Below are positions 24,760-37,900 of a stretch of DNA of 64,000 nt, piece after piece; within the stretch, counting starts at the first letter, position 1; each line of letters starts with the position of its first letter. The position numbers and the translations under genes were made by a program. Where the stretch lies: positions 68,145 to 132,144 of the forward strand of contig RHPI01002161.1 of assembly GCA_009103225.1 (NCBI GenBank). Direction: 5' to 3'. This stretch comes from Chlorokybus atmophyticus. Taxonomy: Eukaryota; Plantae; Mesostigma and Chlorokybus algae. The notes below the pieces were generated by a model. The model searched no databases, was not told where the DNA came from, and saw only the letters and a list, made by a program, of their open reading frames with translations.

Positions 24760-26921
24760 ATGGGCGTGGCGTCGGCGGCAGCGGCGGCGGCGGTGATTGA
24801 GGAGGGCGACAGCGAGGGGTTGGTTGTGACCAGCGCCTACGATCAGGGAGACGAGGAGCAGGTGCTTAGAAGCGTGGGGCCGCCGCTGGTCTGGCACCGC
24901 TTCAGGTGTGTGTGCGTTGGTGGGTTGGGTTGGGTTGCGTTTCCTTCTTGTGTATTGGAATAAGCAATGCGGATTTTGAAGCTGGATGCAACCATGGCAT
25001 TGCGCACTGTGACATACTAGGTATATGAAGTTAAAATTATCACTACTACTGTTGCTGTTCTGCCTTGCATGATCCCCGTTATGCAAGCAATGCAGGAAAC
25101 GCAACAAGAGGAGTACAGTTGTGGAGGGTCGTTGGTTGCTGATGCTATCGTTACCAACTACGTGCGCTGTGTGATATACTCTCATTGTGAATAGTCTAGT
25201 ATGAATTGCCATCGCAAACGAATGCACTGTGCTGAGCAGCATTGCAGAGTAAAACATCACCAAATAGGTGGTTGACTTCTAGCTTGTTGGCTGTAACTGT
25301 GGGGGCACCAGCGCTCGCACCGCCTCACAACTCAGATAATGACACAACAATTCCAAAACAACTTGCACGCAACTCAGCTACAACCAATTGCAGTAACAGA
25401 GAACACACGCGCGCATGTATAGCCGTGCACACATGTGCACCCACGCACCCACGCACGCACGCCAAATCAAACAACACACACGAGTTTCTGTATGCGTGGT
25501 CCACATCGCAGGGCGCGGCTGGTGGCGGAGGGTGGTGGTGGCGGTGCGGTGGTGGAGGAGGAGGTGCGGCGGGCGATCGGTAGAGGTGGCATCACCGTCA
25601 CGCGCAACGACAGCCTCCTTGCCGAGGCCGACGCCCTCCAAGCCGTACTCGACGTGCGTACTACATGCCACATTTAAGCTGTCATCTCATTTGGGCTTTG
25701 AGCTCACTATGCAGAAGCTGATGTGTGCTATTGCTGTGAGCGCGAACGTGTGGGTGCGTGTGCGAGCAGGGGCATGCACGTGTGTGTGTGCAAGCCTGTG
25801 TATGTGTCACCATAGCGTGATGAGTGCTCTAACTAACTTTGTTCAGGACGTAAGGGAGCGTTGGGATCGGCAGCTTGCGGCCAGGAAGCTTCTGCATACA
25901 CCCGCACGCAGGGCCCTCGAAGACCACCTCGCAGTAAGTTGGAGTAATAATCTTCTCAGCTCACCCGTAAAACTGTTCAGAAGTTCACTCACAGCGAGTG
26001 CTGTTCATACTCCCTGCAGGGGTTGTTGTTGGCTAGGGACGAGGGCTTGGACGGCGCAGCTTTGTGTAAAGAAGAGCGCGTCGTAGCAGACTACGTGCTC
26101 GCCTCCACCACCACCACCACATCATCCGCCTCCCCCTCCCCTCGCTCGTTGTCGTCCCGGCCCTCCACGTCATCTACCTCCTCCTCCCGCCCGTCCACGT
26201 CCTCATCCTCCCGCTGCTACTCCACCGCGCGGTCATCGTCGCTGTCGTCATCACGACCGTCGTCCTCCAGACCCTCCTCGGTACCAAACAATAATAGCCT
26301 CAACCAGAGCTTGCAGAAACTCAACCTCACAACGGCCGCGGGACTGGATGATATCGATGCTGCCGTCGCAATCCTCGTCCCCGCACTCGCACGCGAAAAG
26401 GCAAGCACTGGATGCAGAAGTTGTGTGCTGTAAAGCAAAGCAGGTTGCATTGTTTACAAAAGCACGCACATGAGTGTGCACTCTCAAACGCGCGCGCATG
26501 CACGTGTGCACATGTGCACACACATGCATGCATACACGTACATGCAGAGGAACATGTACGCACACGTGTGCGCGTGCACGCACGCACGCGCTCATGGACA
26601 CGCACAACTTGCACGCGTGCACGTGCTCACCGACACACTGCACAGGATGCCCTTGAGTCCGATGTCGACCGTGTTCGTGCTGCGCTCGATTGTGCGTTTG
26701 AGTCGATGGAGTCCGTCGAGCGCCGCGCTCCCGCCACGTCCGATCTCGAGCGCCTGGCCGTGAGACTGAGCAGTAGTAAGGGGAATGGTAGTGGCGTTGA
26801 TAGGAGCGGGTTGGGCAGTGGTAATGGCGGGGTGTGTGGCGTTGGTGTTAGTGTTGGGAGTGGGGGAAAGCGGGTGGAGAGGTTGAGAAGGACGGTGCAA
26901 CAGTTCAGGGAACCAGGATAG
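24760..26921 (+). CDS. Uncharacterised helical/coiled-coil protein with Ser-rich tract, 5 exons
   Basis: Exons ~24760-24905, 25511-25656, 25847-25933, 26021-26400 and 26647-26921 join in frame (one GC donor at 26401). No recognised domain. An in-frame upstream ATG lies at 24727. Confidence 0.6.
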
Positions 26922-27698
26922 TCTTTGTATGGGGTTTTGGTATGGTGATTGCGTGAGTGTTGAGTGAGTCAGTGCACAACAGAAGCCCGAAACTGACGCG
27001 GTCGTGCCACCACCACCACCACGTTGACAACAATGTGCTGCTCTTTGGTAGTCTGTGCACTTGCAGCTGTTCCACTGGCTCGCAGCAGTCAATGTGCGAT
27101 TGCTGCAACTCTAGTCAGTCACCGTGCTGCCTTGCATTGTCCTTGCACTGACCGCTATACCATTGTCGAATAGCACTCTTCCCCACCCAACAACTTCGCC
27201 AAACACAGTGTGTCTACCTGAACTTGCGTTCTATCATGCTGAAGTCATGAAAATGCCACCAACGCAACACGCAGCCACATACAACAAGAATGCTAGCGTG
27301 ATGTCGTATAGAGTACAGTGAACCAGCTGACGTGACTGTATGTGAGATGAGCATGACCAAGTTCGCCGTGTGTGCCATCACCAGGCTCTAAACTTTGGGC
27401 GTTGAAGAAGACTTGTGTCTTGTCATGCGCTGCCTCCTCGCCCTATTCCACCGCCGCCGCCGGCACAGCGTGAGCAACTGCATGTGCTTCCACCCTGTGC
27501 TTTGTGCGTGTGTTGGCAAGGCGGCGGCGGCGGCGGCAGGTGCGATGACTCATCTCTGCTGAGTGACAGATGACCAAGTCGTGGTGAGGCACCTGCCTCC
27601 CTTAAGCTTGACCTGCATGTAGCCCTCACCACCGAGGCAGCAGCTGCCGCTCACCAGCCGTAGCCGTCGGAGGCATTTGAGGCGGCGGCGGCAGCAGG

Positions 27699-30221
27699 AT
27701 GAAGGCAAGCCTGAAGCGTTGCCTTGCTTGCAGGGTTGCTCTTTTCGCTGCCGATGCCCGACTTTGTCACTGCTTGTGTTTGGTATTTGGTTATGACACT
27801 GCATCCAAGCTGTATGAGCATGTGCAGTCAAGCTGGGTGCTACTGTCCATTCGCATTGTTGCCACAGTACATGCACAGCATGTTTCATTGTCTGTTTAGC
27901 TGATCCGTTTGTTGAACGGTTTTCTATGCATTTGCCATTCGCAACACTGTTGTTGTTGTTGTTGCTGTTGTTTATCATGGCGTGCTGAGAGTTGCTTGTG
28001 TCCAGATAGCTGTTGAGGGCTGCTGTCACGGCGAGCTGGACAAGATCTACGAGACGCTCGCCCACCTCCAAGCCAAGGAGAACATCAAAGTGGACCTCCT
28101 CATCTCGTGCGGAGACTTCCAGGCAAGCCCCTCGCGTGATGTGGATGTGTGCAAACTGGAGCACACACGCACACGCACATAAGCACGTGTGTGCACACGC
28201 ATGCATGCACACGCACGCACATGCAAACACGCGCCCGTGCGCAAAGGCACGAAGAAATGCACACGCGCGCGCATGCACACTTGTGCAAGTATACCCCCAC
28301 ACACCCAACAACAGCACGCGACAGGCAGTGCGCAACGTGGACGACTTGGAGTGCCTTGCTTGCCCTCCAAAGTACCGCGACCTGCGCACGTTCCACTCGT
28401 ACTACTCTGGTGCCCGCGTCGCTCCCGTACCCACACTATTCATCGGCGGCAACCATGAAGCCTCAAACCACCTCTGGGAACTGTGAGTGGGATTGTGTGC
28501 AAACTATACATCTATCGTGTGTGCTTGCGCACAGGTACAAGTATGTACTCGCATAACAAAAGCTGTACGCAACATGCGCGCGCGCACGTGTGCATGTGTG
28601 TGCGAGCGTGCGTGCACGCGTGTGCATGCATGTTTGGTTGCGTCGCTACCAACACGCTACGAATGACAGCTACCATGGCGGTTGGGCTGCTCCCAACATC
28701 TACTTCCTCGGCTTCTCCGGCGTGGTTCGTTTCGGCGGCGTGCGCATCGCGGGTCTCTCCGGCATCTACAACGCGAACCACTACCACTCCGGTTACTACG
28801 AGAGCGTGCCCTACGGTCCCTCCACCATGCGCTCCATCTACCACGTGCGCGAGTACGCCGTGCGCAAGCTCATGAGCGTGAGAGAACCCATCGACGTGTT
28901 CCTATCACACGATTGGCCACGCGGGATCGCTTTCCACGGGGACACTTCTGATTTAGTGAGGAGGAAAGCTTTCCTGAAGAGTGAGATTGAAAGCAACACG
29001 CTAGGGAGTCCCGCTAGTGAAGAGATGTTGAAGAGACTCAAGCCGAGGTATTGGTTCAGCGCGCACTTACACACGAAGTTCCCCGCACTCGTCACGCATG
29101 GGTACAACCACCTGGAATCCACAACGAGGTTTCTTGCATTGGATAAGTGCCTACCTCACAGAGACTTCTTACAGGTGAGGTTGTGGACTCGCAGACTCGA
29201 CACATGCTGTGAACGTGTTGACGCTCACCATAACAACAGGTGATTGACGTCCCGAGTGCGAAAGGATCGTTGGAGTTTTCTTATGATGAAGAGTGGTTGT
29301 CCATAGTGAGGGCTTCGCACAACTACTTGTCTCTCGCACGCGCTCCCGTCACCCTCCCGTAAGCTTGAGGTTTGTAACTATGCTATCCAATCAATAGCAT
29401 AGGATTAATTGGAATGCACAGTGCAGAGTTTCCGGGCTTCTACCAGCATAGGAAGTTTGTGAAAGAGGCGATGGTGAAGAGGGGCGGCGATAAGGTCCCG
29501 CTCAACTTTGCACCCACGGCGCCTGTACACGACCCAAGAAGCAACCGCAGGAGAGGCAACCCATCCGCACTGAGTAAGGCTCGAAGGAGTTGAGTCTGGA
29601 CTGCGCGTGTGCGTGCGTGTGCAAGAAGCTGTATTTGAATGGCATGTTGTTGCTGCGCATGTCAGGAGAGGTGAGGAACCCGCAGACTGAGGAGTTTCTC
29701 AACATGCTGGATCTGCCGTACAACTTGGACCATGGAGCAAGGAGTAGTGGTGGTGCAGCAGGCGCACACACGCCATCGCCAGGTGGGTGTTGTGATGGCT
29801 TGACACAAGTGCATGCATGTGGTTGTGTTGATGCGAATGTGCGCGCGTGCATGCGCGCCTGCACATTCTAAGAGTGCGTGTGCGTGTGCGTGTGCGCGTA
29901 TGCGCCTGTAGATTGTGTGCGTACGCGTGCATGCGCGCGTGCAAGTTTGTGTGGTCAGCTGTGTGCGTGTGCATGTGCGTGTGAATGTGAGCTGGTGTCT
30001 TAGTGAGTGTGGCCGCCAGGGCATCGGCACATGCACACCTGTGCGCAGGCGCTGACTTCAGCCACGATGACGTTGCCAACCCGGAGGAGATTCCACTCGA
30101 TGACGATGATCCCGATGCTGTGCCGGACGGCGAGGACGGCGACAATGACATTGGCAACGCCACTGCGGCGCTGGATTTGGCCAACCCTGAGGAGATTGCG
30201 CTAGATGATGATGAGGAATGA
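27699..30221 (+). CDS. DBR1: Lariat debranching enzyme
   Basis: 'MK|[12 protein letters not shown]', 'CGDFQ|AVRN', '[10 protein letters not shown]', '[12 protein letters not shown]', 'FLSHDWP', 'YWFSAHLH', '[11 protein letters not shown]' and an acidic C-terminus 'NPEEIPLDD'. Confidence 0.96.
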
Positions 30222-31137
30222 GACATGGAAGTGAGATTAGTGCGAGAGGAGTTGAATTAACTTAACTCTCCATGTGCGTGTGCATGCTGGCAAATGCCGG
30301 CGATTGCACGGGTTGAGCCTTGGCATTGTGCTCGTGCGCATGTGCAGCTGCACAGCATTGCATCACAAAGAAGGGGTCGCAGCGCGTATGGGCAAAGACT
30401 GTGGCAAGACAAGTGACTCACATGGTACCACTCACGCACTTGCGCGTGTACTGGGCAGCACTGTTGCTGTGATCCACTCCGGGAAGGCTCAAAGCAAGTG
30501 GAGCGCGTAGTTTACGACAATGCATCATTGGTACTAATACAGTAACGCATAAGTCGGTTCGTCAGTTCAAGTGGCAAACACCCTTGCACTTCGCAATAGT
30601 AATACTATAGTAGTGTCCCATATCCCCGTTCAAAGTGCTCCATGTGCATCGTCAAAAAAGTGCAGCCTAGCCTACAAGTGAGGACTGCTTAATCAACATG
30701 AAGTGCAACACACGGGGTAGGGGTTAGGGCATTGGGAAGATTTAGCAAGCAGCCCGGTGGTATGAAGTACTGGCGTGTCATTGCATGGGTTGAGTGCTGG
30801 TGTGGTGCATGACATTGCATGCGAGTGACACCTTGCATGCGGGCTATGCGGCATAAATTTGTCTCTTGCACACCTGCTGTGCCTCACAGCCTGTGGCAGT
30901 CGGTATGGACTTACTGAGGGTAGACTGCTGTAGAGGTACGAGTGAGGACCCGCGGCTTGCGCCGTCATCACTGCCAGCCAGACCCCTTATTTAGGGGCCC
31001 TTCTGGCCCATAAGTTATGGCTTGCCGTTTCGAAATATCTGGATTGGGCGCGTCAGCGCTCAAAGCAATTGCCTTAACTTTTGCCAACTCAGACGACGTG
31101 GCGCCATCGGGTGGCAGGTGGTACAGTCAGTGCCAGC

Positions 31138-32832
31138 ATGGCGGCGGCGGCGGCAGTGGCGGCGAGGGTGCTGGAGTCCAATGCGGCATCAACGCCGTGC
31201 GCAGGGAGGCGTGGTGCGCGTGCCGGAGGCGGCGGGTGTGGGGGTGATGGCTTGTCGTCATGGAGCGGAAGAAGGAGGCGGGGGAGGGGCAGACGTGGCT
31301 CCTCCTCTGCCGCCGCCGCTGCGGCGGCGGCGATGGGGCTGGAGAGAGGAGCGGCGATTACGTCTGCTTCCGGCGGGGCGTCGTTGTCCGCGGTAGAGGC
31401 GCCCTCCTGCATGTACATTGGGCCACTGCACCTTGCCGACCAGGCTGGACTAGAGGCGCTTTACACACAGGTGGGCTTTTGTGTGCACCCCTACAGAATG
31501 CTTTTTCCCTAGCAAGAAGTCAGTCAAACATGTGACATTGTGCAATAGGCTGTTTGCAAGCTGAAATTTCAGTTTGCAACATACTGAGGTCGTCTGCTTG
31601 CAGTATCTGCAACACCTCAGTGCATACGTTTTGGTTCCCCCTTGCTGCTTGCAAAGGTGTATGAGCATCAAACTTGATATGTGCATGTATGCTTGCAGGC
31701 ACGCGACACATACTATAGTGGCCGGCCCCTTATTATGGACGAGATGTTTGATGCTCTTGAGGTACGTATTTGTTGCTTGTGCTGCATTCCTCGGTAGGGT
31801 GGTTTGGTTACAGTGTGCATTGGTTCTGATGGGCATTATTTGAATTGCTAGGCACGCTTACGCGAGTACAGCTCCAAGTTGGTGAAGAAATACCCGCGCT
31901 GCAGCCTACAGAAATTTGCTGTGTACTCGGATGCAGAGGTAAGACATCACACGCAAGATGAGCAGACATTATCAGTGAAACAAATGTGTAATAGTTTTGT
32001 CACACTATGTAGTACTATGGTTGAGCAATGTATCTTCTGGTATTCAACTAGTTGGCATGTAAATACGTATTGTGACTAACCCTGTGGTTACGAATTTGTA
32101 GTGATTGAGTTTGACCAGAATGTGTTTTTTACATTTGGTTTTGCCAGGCTGATCATTCGCAGATGGCGACGCTATGGGGCATTTGGTTAGCTTTGTTGGC
32201 GGCGGGCGTGGCCGTGTCGACAGAGTGCGCCTGCACGGTCTTCTCCATGTGCAGAATACCCTCTGCGTCCTCGGGCTGGCGGATAGGTGGACACGCTGCC
32301 ACGCACGCCAGCACAGCTGTTGACTCTCTGCCACAATCAAGCGCAATTTACCCCGTATTTGGACTCGCTCTTGGGCTCCCCGTTGCATTTGCAGCAGGTG
32401 TGAGAGATTTGGTGTTAGTATGCTCCGACAAGTTGTAGTGAGTGACGGTGACGATGTATGTTGTGTGTGTGTGTGTTCAGTGAGCTCGCTGCAGCGGTTA
32501 TCCAGCAATTCCACAGTGGCAATGAAGGGCGAGTGTCCTGGTTGTGGTGAAGAGGTGTATGCTTTCATCAGAGCGGATGGCTCGACACGCCCGCGGTTCA
32601 AGACTGAGTGCCATTGCTGCGAGAGACCACTTGTGTTTCAGGCCCATCTGCAGGTATGTTGGAGTGTTGTCGTCCTCGTCTTGTATGTGGTACACTACCT
32701 CAGCAAGCCCTCATTAATGATCAATGTTGGCGCTTGCAGCAATCTTTGCGGCATCCCCGCAACATGTTTGCGTACGGGCGCATCTACTTGGTATCCAGGT
32801 CAAACGACCTCGCACCATCACGTGAAGCATAG
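31138..32832 (+). CDS. PGRL2: PGRL1-family thylakoid protein, PGRL2 (At5g59400)-like
   Basis: Transit peptide, then 'PSCMYIGP...LEALYTQ|ARDTYYSGRPLIMDEMFD', 'KYPRCSL', two hydrophobic segments, 'KGECPGCGEEV', 'ECHCCERPL' and 'YGRIYLV'. It matches my recollection of PGRL2 rather than canonical PGRL1. Confidence 0.75.
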
Positions 32833-34051
32833 TAACACTGGCAGTGTAGTCATCAATGTAAACAGATGTACTCCTGCATCGAGGGAACTGTTCTCTGTTC
32901 ACAGTAATTCACAGTAAGCATATGGTGGTTTGTACGAGTTGGTAGGTGCAGTCGGAATTGAATTATGATACAGAAAACTAGCATCAAGTCTTAATGTACG
33001 ATTAATGTACGACAGCATTCTTGGATAACCACACTGGATGTTACCAGCTCGCGTCCGGCAGGGCGAATCTTATACCCCTCTATGCATACATTGGCGAGAT
33101 TACATGTGTGCCTTGTGGTAGAAGCGCGCAGTCATGAGGTGGTGCACATTGGCGGTGGCTGAGCGCATTGCATATAAGTGCAACTTATGTCAATGTGACC
33201 ATAACTGCACTATTCATCGCATCATGGGTACAAGAGACAGTCCAATGTGTCACTGTAGTTGTGCCTTAGATCTTTAGACACATGACAGCCCCACTACAGC
33301 AGCACGCAGCATTGAACGCAGCGCCAAGGCAACACACACCATGCGAACTGCTGGACACTGAATGTGCATGGGAAGCGGGCTGCATGGTAACGCAGCACGC
33401 CCGTGCGGAGGAGACGGCCAGCCAACCCCACCACCTGCACCCAACTGACAGCGACACTACACAGCGCAGTGCTGCCGACCGCACTGCATATGGGTGACGC
33501 ACAGGGGCGGAGCAGAGGAGCAGGGCAGAGGGGCCCTGCCACGCCAGCAATGGCAAGGGTTTCAGTCACGGCAGCGACCAAAGAGGAAGAAGAAGAGGTG
33601 GAGGACGGAGAGGAGAAGGAGGTAAGAGGAGGGGGGAGAGGAGGAGGACGGAGGAAGGGAGGGAGGGAGGGAGGGAGAGAGGGGAGAGAAGGAGACATAT
33701 GGGCATGCTGCATGCTGCTGCTGCTCCGCTACAGTTGCTGAAGACCGTAGTTGACGCTACCATGCGGCCTGTTGTGCAGGTAATGGACACTAACATGCAT
33801 GTATGCATGTTCAATGGGCAGGTCTAGGGTGGCGTATAGCGTGTTAGGTAGCAACAAGCAGTAGATATCAGCCCGGTGGTGGCCTCTGATCAGGCTTGCA
33901 TGCTGTTTGTGTGCACTTATGTGCTTCTGCATTATGCATGTACAAAACTGCCTCGAGCATGTCCTGTACATGTATGGTTATTCTACTACCAACTCTCTAC
34001 ACACTGCAACAGGACAAAAGTAAGCTAAACCATATGCTGCGCCAACCTTTC

Positions 34052-34088
34052 GTTCAGTTCACAAGATCTGGCATCTTGTGAACTGAAC
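34052..34088. repeat. Perfect inverted repeat (16-bp arms, 5-nt loop)
   Basis: gttcagttcacaagat-ctggc-atcttgtgaactgaac. Confidence 0.95.
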
Positions 34089-34140
34089 CATGACAGCACT
34101 CACTGTAACAACACGACATGCGTGTAGGGTCTCCACACTG

Positions 34141-34300
34141 AAGTATATGTATAGGATATGTGAAGTGCTGTGTGGCGCACGCATGCAACATCAATGCACA
34201 ACCGCACTACATCATCATCTCTGTATAAGGGTTTACATTGTCACCACCGGGCCAATCTCTTCTACACTACCACTATCGCCTAGCCCCGTCAGACATGCAT
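34141..34300 (+). repeat. Short dispersed repeat, related to copies at 45595-45880
   Basis: Shared blocks 'ggatatgtgaagtgctg', 'gcatgcaacat', 'ttcacattgt..accaccgggcc', 'ttctacactac' and 'agacatgcatg'. Confidence 0.7.
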
Positions 34301-34951
34301 GAACGTAGCAATGACAGTCACCTGCGCGACGGCCGTTGGTCAGCGCCCTTTCTCCTCGGCAAGGCAGTAGCAGCAGTAGCAGATCCAACGGACTCCCCCT
34401 CCTCCTCCGCCTACATCACCAGGCCGCCACCCACAACTACGTCGTCCACTTAGCTGCAACTGCGTTGTTAGGGTTTGCGCCCATTGGCGCGCAGCATGCA
34501 TGCACACGATCCGCTGCACTCCCTGTCAAAGTGCCGTCGCTGTGTCCTTCAGGCTCCTTCACACGAGCAGCCTCCACTGCTCCCCATGTACGTCGACGTC
34601 GTCATCGTCTTCCACTGCATGCATGACCAACACGTTGATATTACTATGATACAACTCAAACAAACACTCCAGCAGATCCGTGATATCACTTGGCTTTGCA
34701 ACGTGCATGCATCATCGTGCAGGCTATGTGCAGCAGAGATGTAGAACAATAGCGGAGAGTCGTGCTGGTGTAGACAACCTTCGCAGAAAAGCCCATACAA
34801 ATACCTAGATACCGGAAGAACATGTTAACAGAGAGAGGAAACAGAAAATGACTACACCACCTATGCGCAGAGCGTTTAAAGGTTGCTACCTGCACAAGAA
34901 GAGTTTGAAGGCATAATGTACTATGCGAGAAAAGCTATTTCAAGACCACAA

Positions 34952-37900
34952 CTACTGATGAGCTGCAGCAGTGGCACCGCCGCCACAGCACGCAGCAAAG
35001 AAGCCACCGCGCTTTTTTGGTTGCAAGGGTGTGGGCAATTTGCTTGTGACAGCAGTAGCAGCAGCAGAAGTCTTTGTAGTAGCGTCAGCCATCACCCCTG
35101 AGACCTTTTCAGCAGCCTTCATACCAACACCAGTCCCAGTGCTTGACTCAAAACCAGCAGGCGCAGGACCAGCTGCAAGACCAGGAGTTGGAGCTTGAGG
35201 CTGCACCAGAAACATAAGATCAGTGTGAGCCCCAGTTGATGTGTCTGTACAGCTACTGAAAACTTGGTGGGGCTGAACACATCAACAACATGAGCGACCT
35301 TGACGGGCGCATACGATTGTCTAACTGCACTCATGCTGTCATATGCAAACCATAACGCGACCATGGCGCACCTCAGCGGCGGCTTCAGACACGATGCCTT
35401 GCACAGCACTGACTGGCGACACAACTGCGGGTTGAGTAGTGGTTACCTCCTGCTGCAGGGGAGATGTAGACATGGGCAATGCTGGCTGGCCTGTGGGTGC
35501 GGCAGCAACCTGCATGGCCATCACACAATGAGTGTCAGTGCCGCAAACTGCAGGCTTGCGCAAATGAAATCTAGACTATACCTCTATCTCTGCACGTGTT
35601 GCAGGGGCAATGCTTGGGGGCACAGTAGTTGCTGCAGCTGGCGTCATGCCAGGAACACTCAGCTTGCCAAATGCAGTCTTGCTGGCCTCGCCCACCTTCG
35701 CAGCCGTCGTGTTGTCAAGCCCAGCAGCAGCTGCACCCTGTGTTGCATACTGCTTCACCTGATCAGGGCTGACCTTGCTCATGAATGAGCCGACCTGCCC
35801 GCCAAGGCCAGTTGAGCCTGTTGGTGCGACTGGCATCGTCTCTGCAGCTGGCGTCACAGGTGGTGCTGGTGCTGCAGGGCTGACCTTGCTCACAAGCGAG
35901 CCAACCAACCCACCAAGGCCAGTTGACGCGGTTGGTGCACCTGGCGCCGATGTCTCTGCAGCTGGCGTCACAGCCGGTGCTGCTGCTGCAGGGCTAACCT
36001 TGCTCATGATTGAGCCAACCAGCCCGCCAAGGCCAGTTGAGCCGGATGGTGGCGCCAGCGTCTCTGCAGCTGGCGTCACAGCTGGTGCTGGTGCAGGGCT
36101 GACCTTGCTCATAATTGAGCCAACCAGTCCGCCAAGGCCAGTTGAGCCGGATGGTGGCGCCGTTGTCTCTGCAGCTGATGTCACAGCTGGTACTGCGGAT
36201 GCTTCTGGCGATGTCGAGACTGCAGACCCCGCAGTCAGCTTTGTGAAGCCAACCTTGCCCAACTCCCCAACCTGTATGGCCTTGGCGCTGTCCAACCCGG
36301 CAGTGGAGGCAGCCTGGGTGGTGTACTGCTTGACGGCGTCCGGGCTGACTTTGCTTGCAAAGCTGCCGAAGGTGCTGCCAGCAGCCCCTGTGAAGCCCGC
36401 TGGAGTGGCCCCTGGAGCCTCTGCGGGAACAGTGGTTGCGGCTAAAGTTGGTGCTGCCCCAAAAACACTCTGAGCTGAGACTGGCGTTTGGACAGTTGAT
36501 GCTGTCGCGCTGGTTGCGGTGGGTCCCGCGAACTTGCTAAAGGCATCCTTGCTCGCTGTGCCCACCTTCATGGCAGTTGCCAGGTCAAGCCCGGCAGCAC
36601 CTGCGCCCTTCGTTGCGTACTGCTGAACTTGATCAGGGTTGACCTTGCTAGCAAATGACCCGATAGTTCCTGACAAGCCACCGGATGATGGCAACGCTGT
36701 TGTTGGCTCTGTGGCTGGAGCTGCTTGCAAAGGTGCAGAACGCGAGACATCCAAACCAAATGCGGAGAGGGAGGGGTGTGCAGCTTCGGGTTTTGAAAAG
36801 ACGGGCTGAAGATCAGCATCCAAAGGATCTGCCTCTGGCATAGAAGTTGGCATTGCGCTTGGCTCCTGCACGCTCAAGGATGAAGTGATTGGTGCTGCTG
36901 GCTGCGGCACTAATATCGTCGATGGCTCAGACAAGGGCACAGAGACTGGTGATGCAACTGAGCTGGGCTCTTGCACGCTCAGAGGTGTGATTGGCGCTAT
37001 AGGCTGCGGCACTGGTATAGTTGATGGCTCAGACAGAGAAGAAGTGGGGATTGCCTGTGTTGATCGTGTTGCCTCGCTTGTGGCCATGCTGGAGATGCTT
37101 GAGACAGAGTACTCTGACCCTGCTTCAGAAAGCACACTTGTCGACGGTGCCTTCAGCAGTGATGGCTCAGTTGGGGCACTCGAGACAGAAACAACATCAC
37201 CAATTGTGCCCGGGGCTGTTCCAGGAGGAATTACGACTTGGGTCAGGAGAGGCTCTGGGGCAACCGTCTCAGCAGCAGTGAAGGGTTGTGCAGCAACTTC
37301 AGCTGGAAACTCTGTAGCACTTGGCTCCACACGCTCAAGAGGCGTCAAGGCTGGGGGTGTTGAGATGGCTTGAAGCGAGTCCGCAGCAACTGCAGGTTGA
37401 GCAGCTGCAGCCTCAACTGCTGCAAGAGGCTCAGCAGAAGTTTCCGCAGGGGCAAACATGGAGGAGTCCCCTGATGCTGTCAGGACCTGAGGAACCTGGG
37501 TATCAGGTTGTGGCGATTCTGCAATCACAGGCGCCACCATGTTGTTAACAACCTCCTCTGCAGCTTCAGGCAGTGTAGACTCAGCCATTGGTGTGGTGTC
37601 GACAGATTTCACTGCTTCGCTCGCAATTGGAGTTTCAGTAGTGATGGGAGCAGGATGCCTTGAAGTCAGTGAGGTAGCAGCCCTACCAACAACTCCAAAC
37701 AGACCGCCAGCAACAGCACCGACTCCGCCAAGGATGCCACCTACTAAGCCGCGGCTCGGGCTGGGAGCTGACTGCGCTGGCTGTTCAGCAGCAGGAGTGG
37801 AAGGTTCCATGGCGGACGACGGCTCACTTGGCACAGGTGGAACTTCAGGTGCAGCCTCCATGCTTTCTGTAGCGCTGTCAAAAGCACGTTGCGACTCCTC

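Noticed and set aside
31138-32832. Canonical PGRL1 call
   Set aside because: It lacks the PGRL1-type 'MSNEEFDNLKEELMWEGSSVV' segment; the motifs fit PGRL2 better.
33294-33713. Minus-strand 139-aa ORF
   Set aside because: Mostly a translated CT-rich microsatellite with no supporting domain; left unresolved.
35205-35300. 'VVDVFSPTKFSVAV', resembling the C-terminus of SAM decarboxylase
   Set aside because: It lies inside the last intron of the giant gene, and no other SAMDC motifs are present.
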